Assembly: GCF_963921235.1 (NCBI RefSeq)
Contig: NC_086102.1
Coordinates: 28,644,001-28,708,000, forward strand
Length of the DNA stretch: 64,000 bases
Reading direction: 5' to 3'
From: Mobula hypostoma
Lineage: Eukaryota
Positions within the stretch are counted from its first letter, which is position 1; the number at the start of each line of letters is the position of its first letter. The translations under genes and the position numbers were made by a program. Shown here in pieces: positions 37,651 to 50,478 of the stretch. Under the pieces are notes generated by a model. That model saw only the letters and a program-made list of their open reading frames with translations, made no database searches and was not told the origin of the DNA.

Positions 37651-37727
37651 TACACTAGGTGGGATGTCAAATAATATACAAGGCATTAGTAAGACCTTGT
37701 ATATTACTTGACATCCCACCTAGTGTA
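37651..37727. repeat. 33-bp inverted repeat with 11-nt loop
   Basis: TACACTAGGTGGGATGTCAAATAATATACAAGG / CCTTGTATATTACTTGACATCCCACCTAGTGTA, one mismatch. Confidence 0.92.
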
Positions 37728-38850
37728 TATAGATAGATGGATGCTTTATTGATCCCAAAGGAAATTACAGTGTCTCAGTAGCATTATAAGTACACAGATA
37801 TACAAATATTAGAAGAGAAGTAAGAAAGAATAAAAAATGAGTTACCTCAAACAGTCTAACAGGAGGCAGGTCATCACTTCCCCAGCTATAGGTTGACTCA
37901 TTATAGAGCCTAGTGGCCAAGGATAAGAATGACCTCATATAGCGCTCTTTGGAGCAGTCCAGTTGTCTTAGTCTGTTACTAAAAGTGCTCCTCTGTTCAG
38001 CCAAGGTAGCATGCAGAGGGTGAGAAACATTCTCCAGAAATGCCAGGACTTTCCATAGAGTCCTTTGTTCTAATGCAGCCTCCAGTATGTTTAGTTTGAC
38101 TCCTGTAATAGATCCAACCTTTCTGATCAGTTTATTGGGCCTTTTGGCAGTACCCATGTTGATGCCATTGCCTCAGCACACCACCGCATAGAATATTGTA
38201 CTGGCAACAACAGACTGGTAGAACATGTGAAGGAAAGGCTTGCATACTGCCAAGGATCTCAGTCTCTTCAGGAAGTAGAGGTGACCCTGGCCCTTCTTGT
38301 ACACAGCCCCTTTGCTGGTGCCCCACTCAAGTCTGCCTTCCAGGTGCACTCCCAAGTACTTGTAGGTCCTTACCACAACCATGTCCTCGCCATCAATAGT
38401 AACAGGGAGCAGTGCAGGCTTAGTCTTTGTAAAGTCCATCACCGTCTCCTTTCTCTTACTGATGTTGAGCTGCAGATGATTCAGCTTGTACCACTTGACA
38501 AAGTCTTGCGTCATAGCCCTGTATTCACTCTCCCGTCTTCCCTTTATACACCCAACTATTGCTGAGTCATCAGAGAATTTCTGCAGATGACATGGCTCAG
38601 TGTTGTAGCTAAAGTCCGAGGTATACGAGGTAAACAGGAAGAGAGCCAATACAGTTCCCTGTGGGGCCCCAGTACTGCTTATAGCCATGTCTGACACACA
38701 GCTCCGAAGCGCCACAGACTGTGGTCTGCCGGTCAGGTAGTCCATCGTCCAGGACACAATGGAAGAGCCATCCTGCATTGAAAGAGCTTTTCCCCCACAA
38801 TGAGGGCTGTGTGCTATTGGAAGTACTTGAGAAATCAAAAAAACATGATC
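37728..38850 (-). mobile_element. Rex1/Babar LINE RT-to-3' fragment inserted in a decayed CR1 (about 37005-37694 and 38865-39390, +)
   Basis: ORF 38173-38838 TGAPQGTVL...QKFSDDSAIVG...LNISKRKETVMDF...YKYLGVHL; (TATC)n tail. Confidence 0.85.
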
Positions 38851-39736
38851 CTCACAGTGCTACACACATAGAGTGTGTAGTTCTGGTAACCATGCTATAG
38901 GAAGGATGTGATTAACCTGGGGAGGGTGCAGAAAAGATTAGTAAGGATGTTGCCTGGATTGGAGAGCTTTAGTTTTAAAAACAGACTGGATAGGCTGAGA
39001 TGTTTTTTCTTGGAATGAAGTAGGCTGAGGGATGACTTTTAGAGGTTTATAAAATTATGGAGGGCACAGGTAAGGGAGATGGTCTAAGATTTTATCCCAG
39101 GGCAGGGGAGTCTAAAACATAGGTTTCAAGCGGACCTGAGTGGTAAATTTTTCACAAAAAATATATATATTTTGTATATTTGTATATGGAACAAGCTACC
39201 AGAGAAAGTGGTAGGGACTGGTACAACTACAACATTTAAGGGACATTTGGCCAGATTCAAGGTTCATGAATAGGAAAGATTTAGTGGTATGTGCAGGTCA
39301 AATGCAGGAGAATTGAACTGTGCAAGCACTTTGTTTAGCGTGGAGACATTGAGCAGAAAAGCATTTTCCCCTGTTATATATTGTAATTCAATGACTCAAA
39401 AAATTTAAAAAGATTTATGTTAAATGTTAGTAATTTATATATGATTGTTAATACCAATTGCTTCATTTGGAATAGCTGAAGATTTTTTAAAGTGCTTAAC
39501 TTGAGTTTTTTTTTTCAAATTTTAGAGTGGCAATTGTTATTTCAAATTGTTTTGTAAAATTGGAGATTTAAAAGTATGTAAATATTTTCTACTCTAACTT
39601 GTAGCAGGAAGTGTAGAATATTGGAATTTGAGGATAAAATAGTGTCGATAGACAAGACTGGGAAAATGAAACACTTCAATCTGTGGACAGATTTTGTCAA
39701 GGAAATTTTTGAGGCATGTCTTGAAGCTGAGAATGA

Positions 39737-39922
<186 letters not shown>

Positions 39923-40280
39923 TAAGTGCTTTATTAATGATTAGACTAGATTTAAATAGTAGAACTTCATTGCAAGTAAATGCCTCAAATTTTAATGTAT
40001 TATATTATTCTTCAAAATGAATGCTACATTATTTTTCTTTCTAATTTTATTGACTAGATTCATTTGTCTTATCCAGGCAAGTTTTATTTGCTGACATTTT
40101 CTAACATATTCAGATTTTTTAAAATCACATCTGTAGTACAGTGAAATGCGTTGTTTGCATCAACAACCAGCACAAACAATATATAACAACAGGAATTCTG
40201 CAGATGCTGGAAATTCAAGCAACACACATCAAAGTTGCTGGTGAACGCAGCAGGCCAGGCAGCATCTCTAGGAAGAGGTA

Positions 40281-40318
40281 CAGTCGACGTTTCAGGCCGA
40301 GACCCTTCGTCAGGACTA
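40281..40318 (-). ncRNA. Minimal type-I hammerhead ribozyme motif, intact core
   Basis: Reverse complement is identical to the copy at 10556-10593. Confidence 0.85.
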
Positions 40319-40605
40319 ACTGAAGGAAGAGCGAGTAAGAGATTTGAAAGTTGGAGGGGGAGGGAGAGATCCAAAATGGTAGGAGAAGACAGGAGGGGGA
40401 GGGATGGAGCCAAGAGCTGGTCAGGTGATTGGCAAAAGGGATACGAGACCTCCTGGACCTCCTGTCCCATGATCCTTTCGTATCCCTTTTGCCAATCACC
40501 TGTCTAGCTCTTGGCTCCATCCCTCCCCCTCCTGTCTTCTCCTACCATTTTGGATCTCTCCCTCCCCCTCCAACTTTCAAATCTCTTACTCGCTCTTCCT
40601 TCAGT

Positions 40606-40637
40606 TAGTCCTGATGAAGGGCCTGAAACGTCGACTG
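40606..40637 (+). ncRNA. Hammerhead motif with 6-nt deletion in stem-loop II
   Basis: TAGTC-CTGATGA-AGGGCCT-GAAA-CGTC-GACTG. Core boxes are intact but GTCTCG is missing. Confidence 0.7.
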
Positions 40638-40704
40638 CACCTCTTCCTACAGATGCTACCTGGCCTGCTGCGTTCACCAGCAACTTTGATGTGTGTTGCT
40701 CAAC

Positions 40705-41648
40705 CAATATATAAGTTTGCTGATGACACAATTGTAGGCTGTATCTCGGGTAATGATGAGTTTGAGTACAGAGAGGAAATTAAGAACCTGGTGGCATGGT
40801 GCTAAGACAATAACCTATCCCTCAACGTTAGCAAGACGAAGGAATTGGTTGTTGACTTTAGAAGGAGTAGTGGACCGCACGACCCAGTTTACATCGGTGG
40901 TGCGCAAGTGGAACAGGTCAAAAGCTTTAAGTTCCTCAGGGTTAATATCACAAATGACCTGACTTGATCCAACCAAGCAGAGTTCACTGCCAAGAAGGCC
41001 CACCAGTGCCTTTACTTCCTGAGAAAACTAAAGAAATTTGGCCTGTCCCCTAAAACCCTCACTAATTTTTATAGATGCACCATGGAAAGCATTCTTCTAG
41101 GGTGCATCACAACCTGGTATGGAAGTTGTCCTGTCCAAGACCGAAAGAAGCTGCAGAAGATCGTGAACATGGCACAGCACATCACACAAACCAATCTTCC
41201 GTCCGTGGACTCACTTTACATCGCACGCTGTCGGAGCAGTGCTGCCAAGATAATCAAGGATACAACCCACCCAGCCAACACACTTTTTGTCCCTCTTCCC
41301 TCCGGGAGAAGGCTCAGGAGCTTGAAGACTCGTATGGCCAGATTTTGGAACAGCTTCTTTCCAACTGTGATAAGACTGCTGAACGGATCCTGTCCCGGAT
41401 CTGGGCCGTACCCTCCAAATATCCGGACCTGCCTCTCGGTTTTTTTGCACTATCTTACTTTCCATTTTTCTATTTTCTATTTACAAACATGATTTATAAT
41501 TTAAATTTTTAATGTTTACTAATTTTTACTATTTTTAATATTTTTAATATTTAATATTTGTAATCCAGGGAGCGTGAAGCTGTGATGATTGTACGTTCTA
41601 GTACCAATTGTTTGATGACAATAAAGTATGAAGTATGAAGTATAAAGT
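40705..41648 (+). mobile_element. Rex1/Babar LINE 3' fragment
   Basis: YKFADDTIVGCISGNDEFEYREEI...; ORF 41082-41492 ESILLGCITTWYG...LPSGRRLRS...VIRLLN; AATAAAGTATGAAGTATGAAGTATAAAG tail. Confidence 0.88.
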
Positions 41649-42607
41649 GCTCAGGGCAGCCACAAGTGTCACCACACATTCCATAGCATGCCCACAATCT
41701 TACACAGAACAACACAAGCAACAACAAAACAGAACAAGTCAACAGCAAAACAAGCACCTTTCCCATCGCTCCCACCTGCTTACACAACCAGATAGGCCTC
41801 CAGTCCCATAACAGGCATCTCCTTGCCTCTAGTCCTTGTCCCTAGATTCTCAGAATCACAGTCATTGGGCCTCCAACTTTGGACTTCACCTCAGGACATT
41901 GATCACAGGTTTGACTGTTTTTCACCAACAGCGTAGTTTACAGAGGGTTCAGCCAACCAGTCAAGCTTATCCTTAGGATCTTCCTGATTCTCCTGTTGCT
42001 ACTGGAGTCCAATTCTCATCTGGTAATCAAAGGCCAACTGCCTGAACTGATCTAAATCATCACTGCATCTGCTCAGCAGATGGGTTATTTACAAGTAATT
42101 TTCAAATGACGTATGGTCATTCCTAACAGGTAGTTTATGATGAAGACCAGTTTCTAAATCACAGAATTCCAAGCCAGCTTTGAGGTTAAAGAATGAAAGT
42201 TCTTTTTTATTCTGAGATAATGTTCAGAATAAATCACTCCTGAACATTTCCATGTATCTGAGAGTTGGAGGTCAGCGATTGAGTTGCAAACTTGTAAGTT
42301 GTGGTCATGCTATGTTGGTAGCAGAACCATGGCAACAGCTGTTGGCAGCCTCCAGCACAATCCTCAGACTATGCTAGATGTTGATGCAAAACGATGTATT
42401 TCGATGCATGTTTTGATGTTTCAATGTGCATATAACAAGTAAAGATAATCTTTAGATGTGATTTTACATTTGAGCTATGGACAGGAAATGTGGGAATGTA
42501 GCAGGATTGAGGTATGGTGGATATGTGTTGGTGTTCAGAGTAATGAGGATAAAAGTTCAATTTAATTTTCAATGGTACATTCGCTAAATTTTTCTTTTGT
42601 CTTCCAG

Positions 42608-42735
42608 TGGTGTGAATACCTATGCAATGCTGACTGGGACCTTACCTTTCACAGTAGAACCATTCAGCCTAAGAGCCTTGCACCAGAAAATGGTGGATAA
42701 AGACCTTAATCCTCTACCTGTCCATCTCTCATCAG
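42608..42735 (+). CDS. HUNK: HUNK coding exon 5 (128 nt, not in ORF track)
   Basis: ttccag|T GGT GTG AAT; GVNTYAMLTGTLPFTVEPFSLRALHQKMVDKDLNPLPVHLSS; donor G|gtaatt, phase 1. Confidence 0.96.
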
Positions 42736-42934
42736 GTAATTACACACAATGAGTTTTATTATAATACATTATGCAAGAGCAATTTTCTATGGGACCAACA
42801 GTTTCTGTACCTTTGGAGGATAATTGAAACCAGGAAATCACATTAAAAATTTTATTTTCATTTACTTCTACTCTGTTGGCTTAAAATATCTTCCCAATCT
42901 TCTAGATTTTCATAGCGGGTGGGGTGGGGGATGT

Positions 42935-43445
42935 AGTGGGAATAAGCTCCCACTACCTATTAAATGCTCCCAATTGCATGCGCCTCAAATAGTTCCTGGG
43001 CTTCACAATGTAGCTTAGCTACTCAGCCTGGTGGAACCATTTCTACTGACAGGAGAAAGGGCAAAGCTGGGCTACTGGCGCCTTAAATCAGTCACTTTGG
43101 GTAGATGCAGCTCACCTCTGAGAAGGAAAACTCTGTTCTCAAACCTCTGCTGCCTTGTGACTATGACCACTCATTGTGAAGGCTTTGGTAGTAACCCCGA
43201 GAAAAAAAAATCAGCAGCTGGAGTCCCTAAGGTAACCCTGTGTTGAGTTCAACGCTGACTAGCTACTCCTGCGACACCACTGGTGCCAAGCTGTATCAGT
43301 CTCTACCGTTCTTTTGGATTCATCAGCTGCATATGGAGGGGAGCTTGCTACATGGGCAACAACTTGCTCCCCATATCGTTCTGCCCTGTATTGAGTATTG
43401 CATATTGACAGCTGGATCGCGGCATCCATGGTTGACCCCAACAAA
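42935..43445 (+). mobile_element. Non-coding repeat resembling an RTE-clade LINE 5' UTR
   Basis: GC-richer block with motifs recalled from RTE 5' UTRs (CTGGCGCCTTAAA, GAGAAGGAAAACTCTG..TCAAACCTC); shares its 3' part with the SINE at 6758-6930. Confidence 0.45.
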
Positions 43446-45819
43446 CAGTGGGAACTTAATCTTCTAAAGATTTTTACAAAAGTGACTAAATTTACTTGCA
43501 AATGCTTCGTCAAGAAAATGAATGAAACTTTAAGATTTTCATTGTATGTGTTCCACTTGCAATTTTTAATGCAGATGTTTCTGAGAATAATTTCCCTGGG
43601 GGGAAAAATGTAATGGCAACCAAATATCCTAAGGGGTCAAACATCTGAGAACATAATGTATTAGTTTATACAGAGGTTAGCAAACGAAGCTGGGTCAACA
43701 GTGTTCAAAGCCAACCAGGCAGGAGTAATTATACCTTCTGGAGCATCAACAACTCAATGTGCCCTCATTTTAAAATAGTGATCACAACGTATTTTTAAAA
43801 TTTCCTTTGCACCATGTTTCTCTCATCATCTTCTCTCCTCTTTCAAATGTATTGGCGCCTCGCTAGTTCATAAAATTGCAAACAATGAGTACTTCAGTGA
43901 CTGTTCTTGTAGCAGTAGAAAAATTCCAACAGCTTCTCACGCTCACATAGAAGGGATCAGCCTGCATGTTGGCTGAAACACTCTTGCTTGGCCTGAAGCC
44001 AAGTAACTGAATGTAGACTTGTGCTAAGCGTAGACTAATGATGAACTTGGAGTCTCTTTGATCTGAGTGGTCCATGCTTAGAAAACTTGTTGAGATACTA
44101 AAGCACGTACCATGGCCTAACTCACATGCTGGAGCTGATTACATTGCGCTTGTTCAGTGAATTAATCCAAGGTTAAAAGTGTGGCAATTATGTTTTAGAC
44201 TGATATAAATCAGTAGAATGAATAGAATGAGTAAAATGGCTGCAGCTTGTTGCTTGTTTGCAATTTGTTTTCTGGGGAAATACAGTGGGTTAAAAGTTGA
44301 AATTCAATTCCATAAATTGGAAGATTTTTGGCACCCAAAAATCAAGCTTATGGCAGTTCAGGATAACTTAGTTTCCTCTCAGGACAACATAAGAATATTG
44401 TATAGTTTATAAAATGAATTGAATTGACAAAAGTGAATTGATAAAGAAACACAACTCAGAAAATGCTGCTGTGACTGAGTTTTTAAAAACATATTTTAGC
44501 AAATCTCAGTCGTTATCATGGCGCATTTCTGTTCTGTGCATATATTTTTGCACACACACATTTTCTATCTCCACATGTGTTTTTTGTACACACATTGATT
44601 CCTTCTCTGACCACTCCTATAAGGACAGCTTGAATGATGTGTGAAATGGAAGACATAGGGATACTGATAATCTGCTGCCCTTATACCTACTATAATAATG
44701 GGAAGTTGTATTTTCAATGATGGCTTCCTCCTTTCTAAAGTACTCTTTATATTAGGAAAGAATACATTCTGATTTCATGTTTCCCTTTAAAATATCATTT
44801 TCCAAGCCTTTTGTGTCCCATGAGGCTGCAGAACACACTATAATCCAATACTGCAGTTGAATTGGTTTCTGCAAGGAGCATGGCTACAAAATTTTGTATT
44901 AATATTGAAGCACCGAAGAGATCACTTAGTTATAGAACTTTGCAGTCTGCAGGTATTTGATTGAAACCAGTGATTCCCTGTGGTTGCAAAGACTTCTTGA
45001 ATTTATTATTTCTCTCAGGAAAAATTAAATATATTTTATTTGCTTTTACAATTTTGTTGGTATTGGTGGACGTGAGATTTTTGTTCAACTTGTGGCAGTC
45101 ACAGGAGAGCTTTCCCTACTGCAAGAATTATTGAATTCCTAATGAGAGATATGCCATGTATCAAGTTATTGATGCCTGAATGCATCAGCCCATATACTCC
45201 ACCCATTTACAAATGTCTAAGTGATTGTTTTGCGTTTGAAGACCAGCAACATGGATGTGGGATATCCATAGTTGGATGTTTCGTGTCGGATCGGCAGAGA
45301 GTGGATGAGGGTGCTTTCAAGTCAGGAAGTTGTCAATAGGTTCTGGAGTTGGATTTCTGTGTGGGCAGGAGGAATGAGATCTAATGACTCCCTGGGTTTA
45401 TGGGGTCAGTGAAACCAGAGTTCAAGGCCTAGTGTTTGGTTTCCTACCATCAGTAATTCCTGATTTGGAGGCCTGGTATTGGTGCTTGGCGTGTCCTGGG
45501 ATTGATGCCAAGGATTGTAGCCCAAGGATGAATCAGAAGTCCAGAGGTCGAAGCCCTTTGGCTGGAGTCGGGTCTGTGAACCTCTGTGAGTCTACTGGTG
45601 AGGTCGAAGCCCAGTGTCTGCAGGCCTGAGTCTGTGTTCCCTGGAAACTGGAATTGGAATCCTGTCCAGGTGCTATATGGGCAGTGGCATGCATGCTGAC
45701 ACCTACAAGCTATCCCCAGCACACCCTCAGGTGCGTTGGTTGTCAATGCAAATAACATACATCATTTTATGTTTTGATGTACGTGTGATATATACACGTG
45801 AATCATGATCTAATTTATT

Positions 45820-46050
45820 TTTTTAGAGACACAGTGCAGATTAGGACCTTCAGACGCAACGTGCCACACCGTCCAGAAACCTACTGATTTAACTCTAGCC
45901 TAATCACAGGACCATTTACAATGACCATCTAACCTACTAACCAATACGCCTTTGGAACGTAGGAGGAAGCTGGAGCACTCGCAGGAAACCAGCACATTCA
46001 CCGGAATGACATACAACCTCCATAGAGATGGCATGGGAATTGAACTCCAA
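45820..46050 (-). mobile_element. HE1/V-type SINE
   Basis: Homologous to the 15483-16389 copies. Confidence 0.65.
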
Positions 46051-46152
46051 ACTCTTGAATCTTGAGTCGATGTTGAAGTAGAAAACAGTGGTTATTAAAA
46101 TTTTAATTTCTTATGAAATCAACATAGGCTATTTGTCCCATTGAGCCAAAGC

Positions 46153-47022
46153 TGGACTTAGACAGATTAGGAGAATGGGCAAGAAGTGGCAAATGAAATA
46201 CAATGTTGGAAAAGACATGGTCATGCACTTTAGAAGTAGAAATCAATGTGCGGACTATATTCTAAATGGGGAGGAAATAGAAAAATCTGAGATGCGAAGG
46301 GACTTGGGAGTCCTTGTGCAGAACACCCTAAAGGTTAACTTGCAGGTTGAGTCGGTGGTGAGGAAAACAAATGCAATGTTAGCATTCATTTCAAGAGGTC
46401 TAGAATACAAGAGCAGGGGTGTGATGCTGAGACTTTATAAGGCACTAGTGAGGCCACATCTAGAGTATTGTGTACAGTTATGGGCTCCTCATCTTAGAAA
46501 AGATGTGCTGGCATTGGAGAGGGTCCAGAGGAAGTTCAAAAGGATGATTCCAGGAATAAAAATGTTAGACGAGGAATGTTTGATGGCTCTGGGTCTGTAC
46601 TTGCTGGAATTTAGAGGGATGAGGGGGACATCACATTGAAACCTTCCAAAAGTTGAAAGGCCTAGACAAAGTAGATGTGGAAAGGATGTTCCCCGTGTTG
46701 GGAGAGTCTAGGACAAGAGGGCACAGCCTCAGAATAGAGGGGCGTCCATTTAAAACAGAGGTGCGGAGAAATTTCTTTAGTCAGACGGTGGTGAATTTGT
46801 GGAATTTGTTGCCATGTGCAGCTGTGGAGGCCAGGTTGTTGGGTGTATTTAAGGCAGAGATTGATAGGTTCTTGATTGGACATGGCATCAAAAGTTATGG
46901 GGAGAAGGCTGGGAAATGGGGTTGAGGAGGAGAAAAGAATGGATCAGCCATGATTGAATGGTGGAGCAGTCTTGATGGGCCACAGGGCCTAATTCTGCTC
47001 CTATGTCTTATGGTCTTGTGGT
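46153..47022 (+). mobile_element. CR1 LINE 3' fragment
   Basis: ORFs 46175-46639 and 46653-46925 (LVRPHLEYCVQ, RTRGHSLRI); (TCTTATGG)n tail. Confidence 0.88.
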
Positions 47023-49487
47023 CAAAGTACTCCTGATTAGTTCCATTCCCCTGTTTAGTTCCCTGTAATGCATCATCCAACACTGTGATACTCAATGCAG
47101 CCAACAAGCCTTATTTTATGGTAGGTGAGATATGTCAGCTGTTATCAGTTTCAACAACTGTATCTACGTGGAACCAACTGGGGCACTGTCGTAATGAGTC
47201 ATATCAAATCCAACTAAAAATAATGCAACCCTACTGCGTCCGTGGCTGTTTTTAATTTATGTCACTTTAGTTTCTCACTGTGTTTAAACAAAGAAAAGTG
47301 GATCCAGACAGGAATTAGTAGTTCAAGCAGCCACTTTTTAAAAAAAAAGTCCATAATATATTGCACATGTTATGGACTTTTTTCAAGATATCTTTTAAGA
47401 ATTTTATTATGACTGAGAAAATAACTGAAAAAGAGAGAGGAGATTTCTTTCACAGTAATCTGGGTAAATCTGTTAATGGGGAAAAACAACAGAAGATTTA
47501 TAAAAACTGATCAATAGGACGAGAGTAAAGAATTTAAGGTGATGCATAACCAGTTTAGGAGGAAGAATTCTAATTACTGAATCAAAATCCATGTATGATT
47601 AAACTAAGGGGCAACATAAAACCTAATGAAAAAGATAGCAAAGTTGCAAAAGCTTGCACAGATCTTCATGATAGAAAAGATACAAAGGGGAGCAAAAGAT
47701 TTTTTAAAAAGTGAGTGAATGGAAATCTGCAAAGGATATCCAATCAATCCAACAAAATCCAGTTGCAATTTAGAAGAACTGTGTCATCAGTAAAAATGTA
47801 GCCTTTTGAAAGCAGATAATATGACATTGTAAATGAAAATAAGCTTAGACAGGCATGTTGAATAATTATATTGATCTGTATTTACATTTGAGGAATGGGA
47901 TAGATGCCAGATGTTCCAACGTAACTAGCAGTGAAGTCAGGATGTGGTCTTGCCAAAGTTAACATAGTAGAATTTCAACAAAGATAATGACAAAACTTAA
48001 GAATGACAAACACCTAGAATCAAATGGCTTTCATCCCAAGGTAATAAAGACTGATAGGTGGAGTTAGGTCTTGGATCAGTAATGATCTCTCTGATTAGCA
48101 GATGAACTGGCATTGCTCTGCTTCCAGTGAATTTTATATGCTTGGAACTGTGCAGATGTGCTCCAGGCAATGCAAAGATAAATCTCAAAGGAGAAGAAAA
48201 ATTGGCAGTTCTTTCGTCTCATGTGACTTTTTGTTTTCAAAGCTCAGGTTACTCCTTCCTTCCTTAATTTCAAAATTATAGGACCAGGGGGTGAAAAGCA
48301 ACAGAAATTATACCACAAAGCAAGAAATGTTTTAAAATTACGGTATTGTCCTTCACAGTAATTTACCCTTTTATCAAGGCATTTCTTCTAAGTATTATAT
48401 TGTTGATGCTATATTTAATATCACTAAATACAACTGCAATAAAAAGATACTTTTCTATAATGTGATGATGAATTGGAAACTGAGTAGATTTCAATGTACT
48501 CTGTTAATGCCACTCTGCTGATGATGCTTTTGTTATTATGGTTGTTGGGCTTGTAATGGCATTGTACTTTACAAAAGCAACAAAGGGTTGGTATTAAAGG
48601 AGTGGTGAGATGCAAGTTCAGTCCCACTATTGCCGTGGAAGTAAGTTATTAAGCGAGTTAGATACCTCCCTAAAGGCATGCAGGACAAGATTTCAGAATG
48701 TAAGTCATTGAGTCTAGCAATCATTTTTCCAAGATCTGTATTGAGCAGTAACATAGCAGATAAGATAAATGTTCTCACTGATCAACATGGAAGATTGGTC
48801 CTGATGGTCATGACCATGGTCGATCTTTATTAAGGAGATGTCTTTAGCTTGTACCTTATAAGGTGGGTTTACAGTGGAGTATTTTTCAATATCTATAAAG
48901 GTAAGATTGATATTGATAGCTACCACAGATATATCCATTCTCAGAATTAGCATGTAGCCGGAGAGATTGAACACAGCTATTGTGGAATAAGGCTGACTCC
49001 ATGAGTGAGTTAAAATTTGACATGCCTTGCTGAATAAAAATGCAAACTTAATTTTTTTCAGTTTTATTAAAATTATTTTTTCTATGATGAAAGGGCTCTG
49101 GCATGAAAGGCTCTTTCTTAAAAAAATAAATTCTCAATTGGTTTTCATAAAAAGAACATTTTAATTTTATATAAGTAGAAGTCACAGGCAATTAAAATTC
49201 AAAATACCTTTAGATATTTTATGTGGTAAACATGTCTGCACTAGCATTAATTTGTTAGAGATCAAGTTATAATTATAACTAAAATTTGAAGGAACTGGCA
49301 GAGTTGTTAAAATCCATTTGCTTATTCTACCATTAAAATAATTTTAATTACTATGTCTGATTTTAATTTTCTTGTTAGAAGGATAAATCTTTGTTTCCAG
49401 TTAAATCATGTCAGTTTCTTGAATGAAATAAGGAATTTGTTCCCAATCTGTTTAAGCTTTTCTAGAATTCCAACAGAGTGATGGTAT

Positions 49488-49648
49488 AACACATACAAAA
49501 TGCTGGAGGGACTCAACACAACAAGCATTTTACATGGAGGGGAATAAACAGTCAATGTTCAGTCCTCTCCATAGATCTGCCCAACTTGCTGAGTTCCTCC
49601 TACATTTTGTGTGAGTTCCTCAAGATTTCCAGCATCTGCAGAATCTCT
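49488..49648. mobile_element. Degenerate inverted pair of older PLE termini
   Basis: CAAAATGCTGGAGGGACTCA ... TGAGTTCCTCCTACATTTTGTG ... CCAGCATCTGCAGAATCTC. Confidence 0.55.
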
Positions 49649-50327
49649 AGCATTTATCGAGTGGTGGTGTGGTGATTAAAAATGTGAAAACACAATTACC
49701 ATAAAAATACATAGTGGAAGGTGGGAGCTCTGATCTGACCAGTGGAGGAAAGAGGGTCTTACAGGGCTAAGTTCTTAACTACTGGGAGAGAAAAATTATA
49801 TACAGAATACCCTTCACAACAACATGCATTTTAACTCAGGGTTAATAAAATTCAAATCTGACAAATGGACTGTTGAACGATTTCTATGCATGTTTCATAA
49901 TATTTCATAGTGGCAGTATTTGTTATTATTCTTTACTTCTAAAGTCTGTTTTCAGATGAAAATTGATAATATTATAGTGTTAATGCAATCCAGAAATAAA
50001 AACATAACTCTCAGAAACATTCCAAACCCTTGACTGGTAAAATTTGTATACTTCAGGCTGCAACGCTGTCTTTAATCACAGAGTGAATTTGGAATGACTG
50101 CCCGTTAATATTAAATTAATGTAAAGCAGGTGCCTGTATTAAACTCCAATGAAAACAAAATGAGGCATCACTTTGGAATGCTATCCTGACACAGACTGAG
50201 AGAAATTACATAAAGATGTCAAGGAGAAAATAACTAAAACTCTGTGATAGAGAGAGAGGGAGAGGGAGAGATTGATATTTTAGTGTGATCAATAAATGTT
50301 GTATTACTATTTTTATTATTTTCCCAG

Positions 50328-50478
50328 CTGCTATTAATTTTCTACTATCCTTACTGGAGCCTGACCCCATTAAACGGCCAAACATTCAACAGGTACTTTC
50401 TGATCACTGGCTGAATGACGACTCCTCAGGGACACCTACATCAAGGACACCTACATCAAGCATGGCTTACTCATACCG
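50328..50478 (+). CDS. HUNK: HUNK coding exon 6 (151 nt)
   Basis: ttcccag|CT GCT ATT; AAINFLLSLLEPDPIKRPNIQQVLSDHWLNDDSSGTPTSRTPTSSMAYSY(R), end of the kinase domain plus linker; donor CG|gtaggg, phase 2. Confidence 0.93.

Larger units (their letters stand above)
40187..40700. mobile_element. PLE insertion made of two inverted terminal copies
   Basis: Arms 40218-40446 and 40478-40700 are near-perfect reverse complements; flanked by CAATATATAA (40177-40186, 40705-40714). Confidence 0.8.
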
